Origin: Vicugna vicugna
Taxonomy: Eukaryota
DNA length: 64,000 bases
NCBI GenBank assembly: GCA_013265495.1
Contig: MU057809.1
Span: 1,169,062-1,233,061 of the forward strand
Direction: 5' to 3'
Part shown: piece by piece, positions 61,501 through 64,000 of the stretch
Position numbering within the stretch: position 1 is the stretch's first letter
Layout of the letters: each line of letters begins with the position of its first letter
The notes under the pieces: generated by a model
Seen by the model: only the letters and a program-made list of their open reading frames with translations
The model's database searches: none
Told to the model about the DNA's origin: nothing
Translations under genes and position numbers: made by a program

Positions 61501-62084
61501 AATTTTATCACAATTACTGAAGATTAAATAAATTAAGATATGCAAGGCTTTACAACAGCACTTTGGAAAACATATTAGCTCTTGTTATTATAAAATTATT
61601 TGGAAACATACATTATTCTTGGCGACAACTGGCCACTGGTAGAAAGCATGAGTGCTAATAAGAGTAACAAGTTGTATTTCTGTAATACAACATCTGAGAG
61701 TCTGGTGGAGCAGGAAGGTACATGAGGCCCTGGCGTGGTCCACAGAGCGTGCCTTGCTGTGTGTACAGCACTTAGCTGCTACTTTCTCACTTTCCTGCTC
61801 AGTAGCTCTGGTTTGCAGAGGGCTTTGATTGTTCTCGTTTTGTAGAGAAAGAACAGGCGCTCAGACTCAAAGTGATACCCCAGGCCACGCAGCAGAGGTT
61901 GGACTTGACCTCGGAATGCCTTTCTCCCTCTGATCTCTGGAAGTCCGTGCAGGACTTCAGTGCTGGTGTTTTTATCCTGTATTGTAGAAACCGGTGACAG
62001 CTGATTAGTTCATGGCATTCATGCTGAAGACAAAAGTTTTAGCTTCTGGAGGCTGACTTATGAGACTGCTCACATTTCTTTTTC

Positions 62085-63860
62085 TTGAAATCAAGCGTAT
62101 TGAGGTGTAATTTACATGCAGTAAAAGGCCCTCATTTTTTAAAAATTGAAGTGTACTCGGTTTACAGTGTTGTGTCAATTTCTGGTGCACAGCACAATGC
62201 TTCAGTCATACATGAACATTCATACATTCGTTTTCATATTCTTTTTCACCGTAAACTACTACAAGGTACCGGATATAGTTCCCTGTGCTATACAGTATGA
62301 ACTTGTTTTATCTGTTTTATATATACCAGTCAGTATCTGCAAATCTCAAACTCCAAGTTTATCCCTTCCCACCCCCTTCCCCTCTGGTAACCATAAGTTT
62401 GTTCTCTATGTCTGTGAGTCTGTTTCTGTTTTATATATAAATTCATTTGTCTTTTTTTTTTAGATTCCACATATCAGAATGCACGCATTTTAAGTGTAAG
62501 ATTTAACAAATGTGGACAGAAATATCCACCTATGTGACTACCACTAAAACAGTATCAGAACATTCCCATCACCCAAATTTCCTCCTGCCTGTTTGCATTC
62601 TATGATTTCTGTCACCATTTTGCCTTTTAAAAAACTTCCTATGAATCAAATCATGTATGTACTCTTGTTTCCTGGGTTCTTACGTGTAGTGTAATATCCG
62701 TTGAGAGTCATCCGTGTTGTTGCATGTACTGATGTGTGACTCAGTGGTTCATTTTTTTTTATTGCTAGGTAGCTTTCCACTGAGTGAGTACACCGCAGTT
62801 TATTTGTCCACTTGTTTATGGACCTCTGGGTTGTTTTTTGGTTTGTTGCTATTTTAAATAAAGCCACAGTGAGCATTCTTGTACAGATCTTTGTGTGGAC
62901 AATTATTTCATTCATGGATAGTGTCTTTTGTGTTGTTTCTAAAAGGCATCACCGTATGCAGCGCCACCTGGGTTCTCTCCTTTGTTACCGTCGAGGAGTA
63001 TTATAGTTTTGCTTTTTACATTTGGATCTGTGATCCAGTTTTAGTTAATTTTTGTCAAGGGAATAAGGTCTGTGCCTAGATTTTTTTTTTTAATTTTGGG
63101 TGTAGGTAATTAGGTTTATTTATTTATTAATGGAAGTACTGGGGATTGAACCCAGGGCTTTGTGCATGCTAAGCAGGCACTCTGCCCAGCTGTACCCTCC
63201 TCTGCTAGATTCTTTTTTTTTACTGTCTGAGTGTCCAGTTGTTCCAATACCATTTATTGAAGTGACAGACTGTCTTTACTCCATTGTATTTTTTTTGCTC
63301 CTTTGTTAAAAATCAGTTGACTATATTTATGTGGATCTACTTCTGGGCTCTCTGTTCTGTTCCACTGATCTGTTTTTCTTTTCTTTGCCAATGCCATGCC
63401 ATCTTGATTACTGTAGCTTTATATAAGTCTTGAAGTCGGGTAGCATCAGTCTTCCAACTTGGTTCTCCTTCAGTATTGTGTTGGCTCTTCTAGGTCTTTT
63501 GCCTCTATGTATAAACTTCAGAAACAGTTTGTTGCTATCCACAAAATAACTTGCTGGGATTTTGATTGGATTAATCTGTGGATTAAGTTGGGAAGAATTG
63601 ACATCTTGACAATATTGAGTCTTCCTGTCCTAGAGCACTTTGAACGTGGAATCTCGACATTTATTTAGTTATTCTTTGATTTCATCCATCAGAACATTGT
63701 AGTTTTCCTCATAAAGATCTTATGCATATTTTGTAGATTCATATCTAAGTGTTTCATTTTAGGGGGCACTTATAAAAGGAGTTGTGTTTTTAATTTCAAA
63801 TTCCACTTGCTCATTGCTGATATATAGGAAAGTGGTTGACTTTTGTGTATTAACCTTGTA
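62085..63860 (-). mobile_element. Cluster of antisense L1 fragments (younger 3' end at ~62140-62470, older 3' end and ORF2 C-terminal region)
   Basis: tacagtgttgtgtcaatttctggtg...gatatagttccctgtgctatacag; gtccagttgttccaataccatttattgaa; ttgggaagaattgacatcttgacaatattgagtcttcc. Confidence 0.8.
63081..63200 (-). mobile_element. tRNA-derived SINE (Vic-1-like) inserted in L1
   Basis: ggtaattaggtttatt...ctggggattgaacccaggg...catgctaagcaggcactct; ctagatt flanks both sides. Confidence 0.8.
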
Positions 63861-64000
63861 TCCTGCAAACTTGCTGTAACTTGAGCCCTTAAAATTTTAT
63901 ATTTGAAAAATGATTGATAATCTAAGATGCGTATATCATATTTTGATGGTCTGTTTGATTGGCCTTTATTACATAGAATCCCTAAAGCTGTTTTGTAGAA

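Noticed and set aside
55420..64000. CHST12 coding exon
   Set aside because: No sulfotransferase-like ORF in this interval; it is mostly repeats and presumed intron 1

Overview
Mammalian genomic DNA, GC-rich up to ~55.4 kb and more AT-rich afterwards. It is probably camelid, judging from five copies of a Vic-1-like tRNA-derived SINE. Three + strand genes lie head to tail. (1) The 3' part of EIF3B: 8 coding exons at 43-6437, a GC-AG intron, a 3'UTR intron and two AATAAA sites. (2) A spliced kinesin-8 gene of the KIF19 family, reconstructed by hand as 22 phase-compatible exons at 9567-48002 (3201 nt, ~1066 aa, no stop or frameshift). Its position next to EIF3B suggests the little-studied paralog KIF19B; exons 1-15 are well supported and the tail exons are progressively less certain. 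(3) A CpG-island promoter with a non-coding first exon at ~54.2-55.4 kb, by synteny probably CHST12, carrying a tandem array of 5' splice sites. The rest is L1, LTR, MIR and SINE remnants, simple repeats and an 82-nt N gap. Almost all ORFs in the six-frame track are spurious GC-rich frames. No prokaryotic-type system or CRISPR array is present. All homology statements come from my recall of the protein and repeat families, not from database searches.
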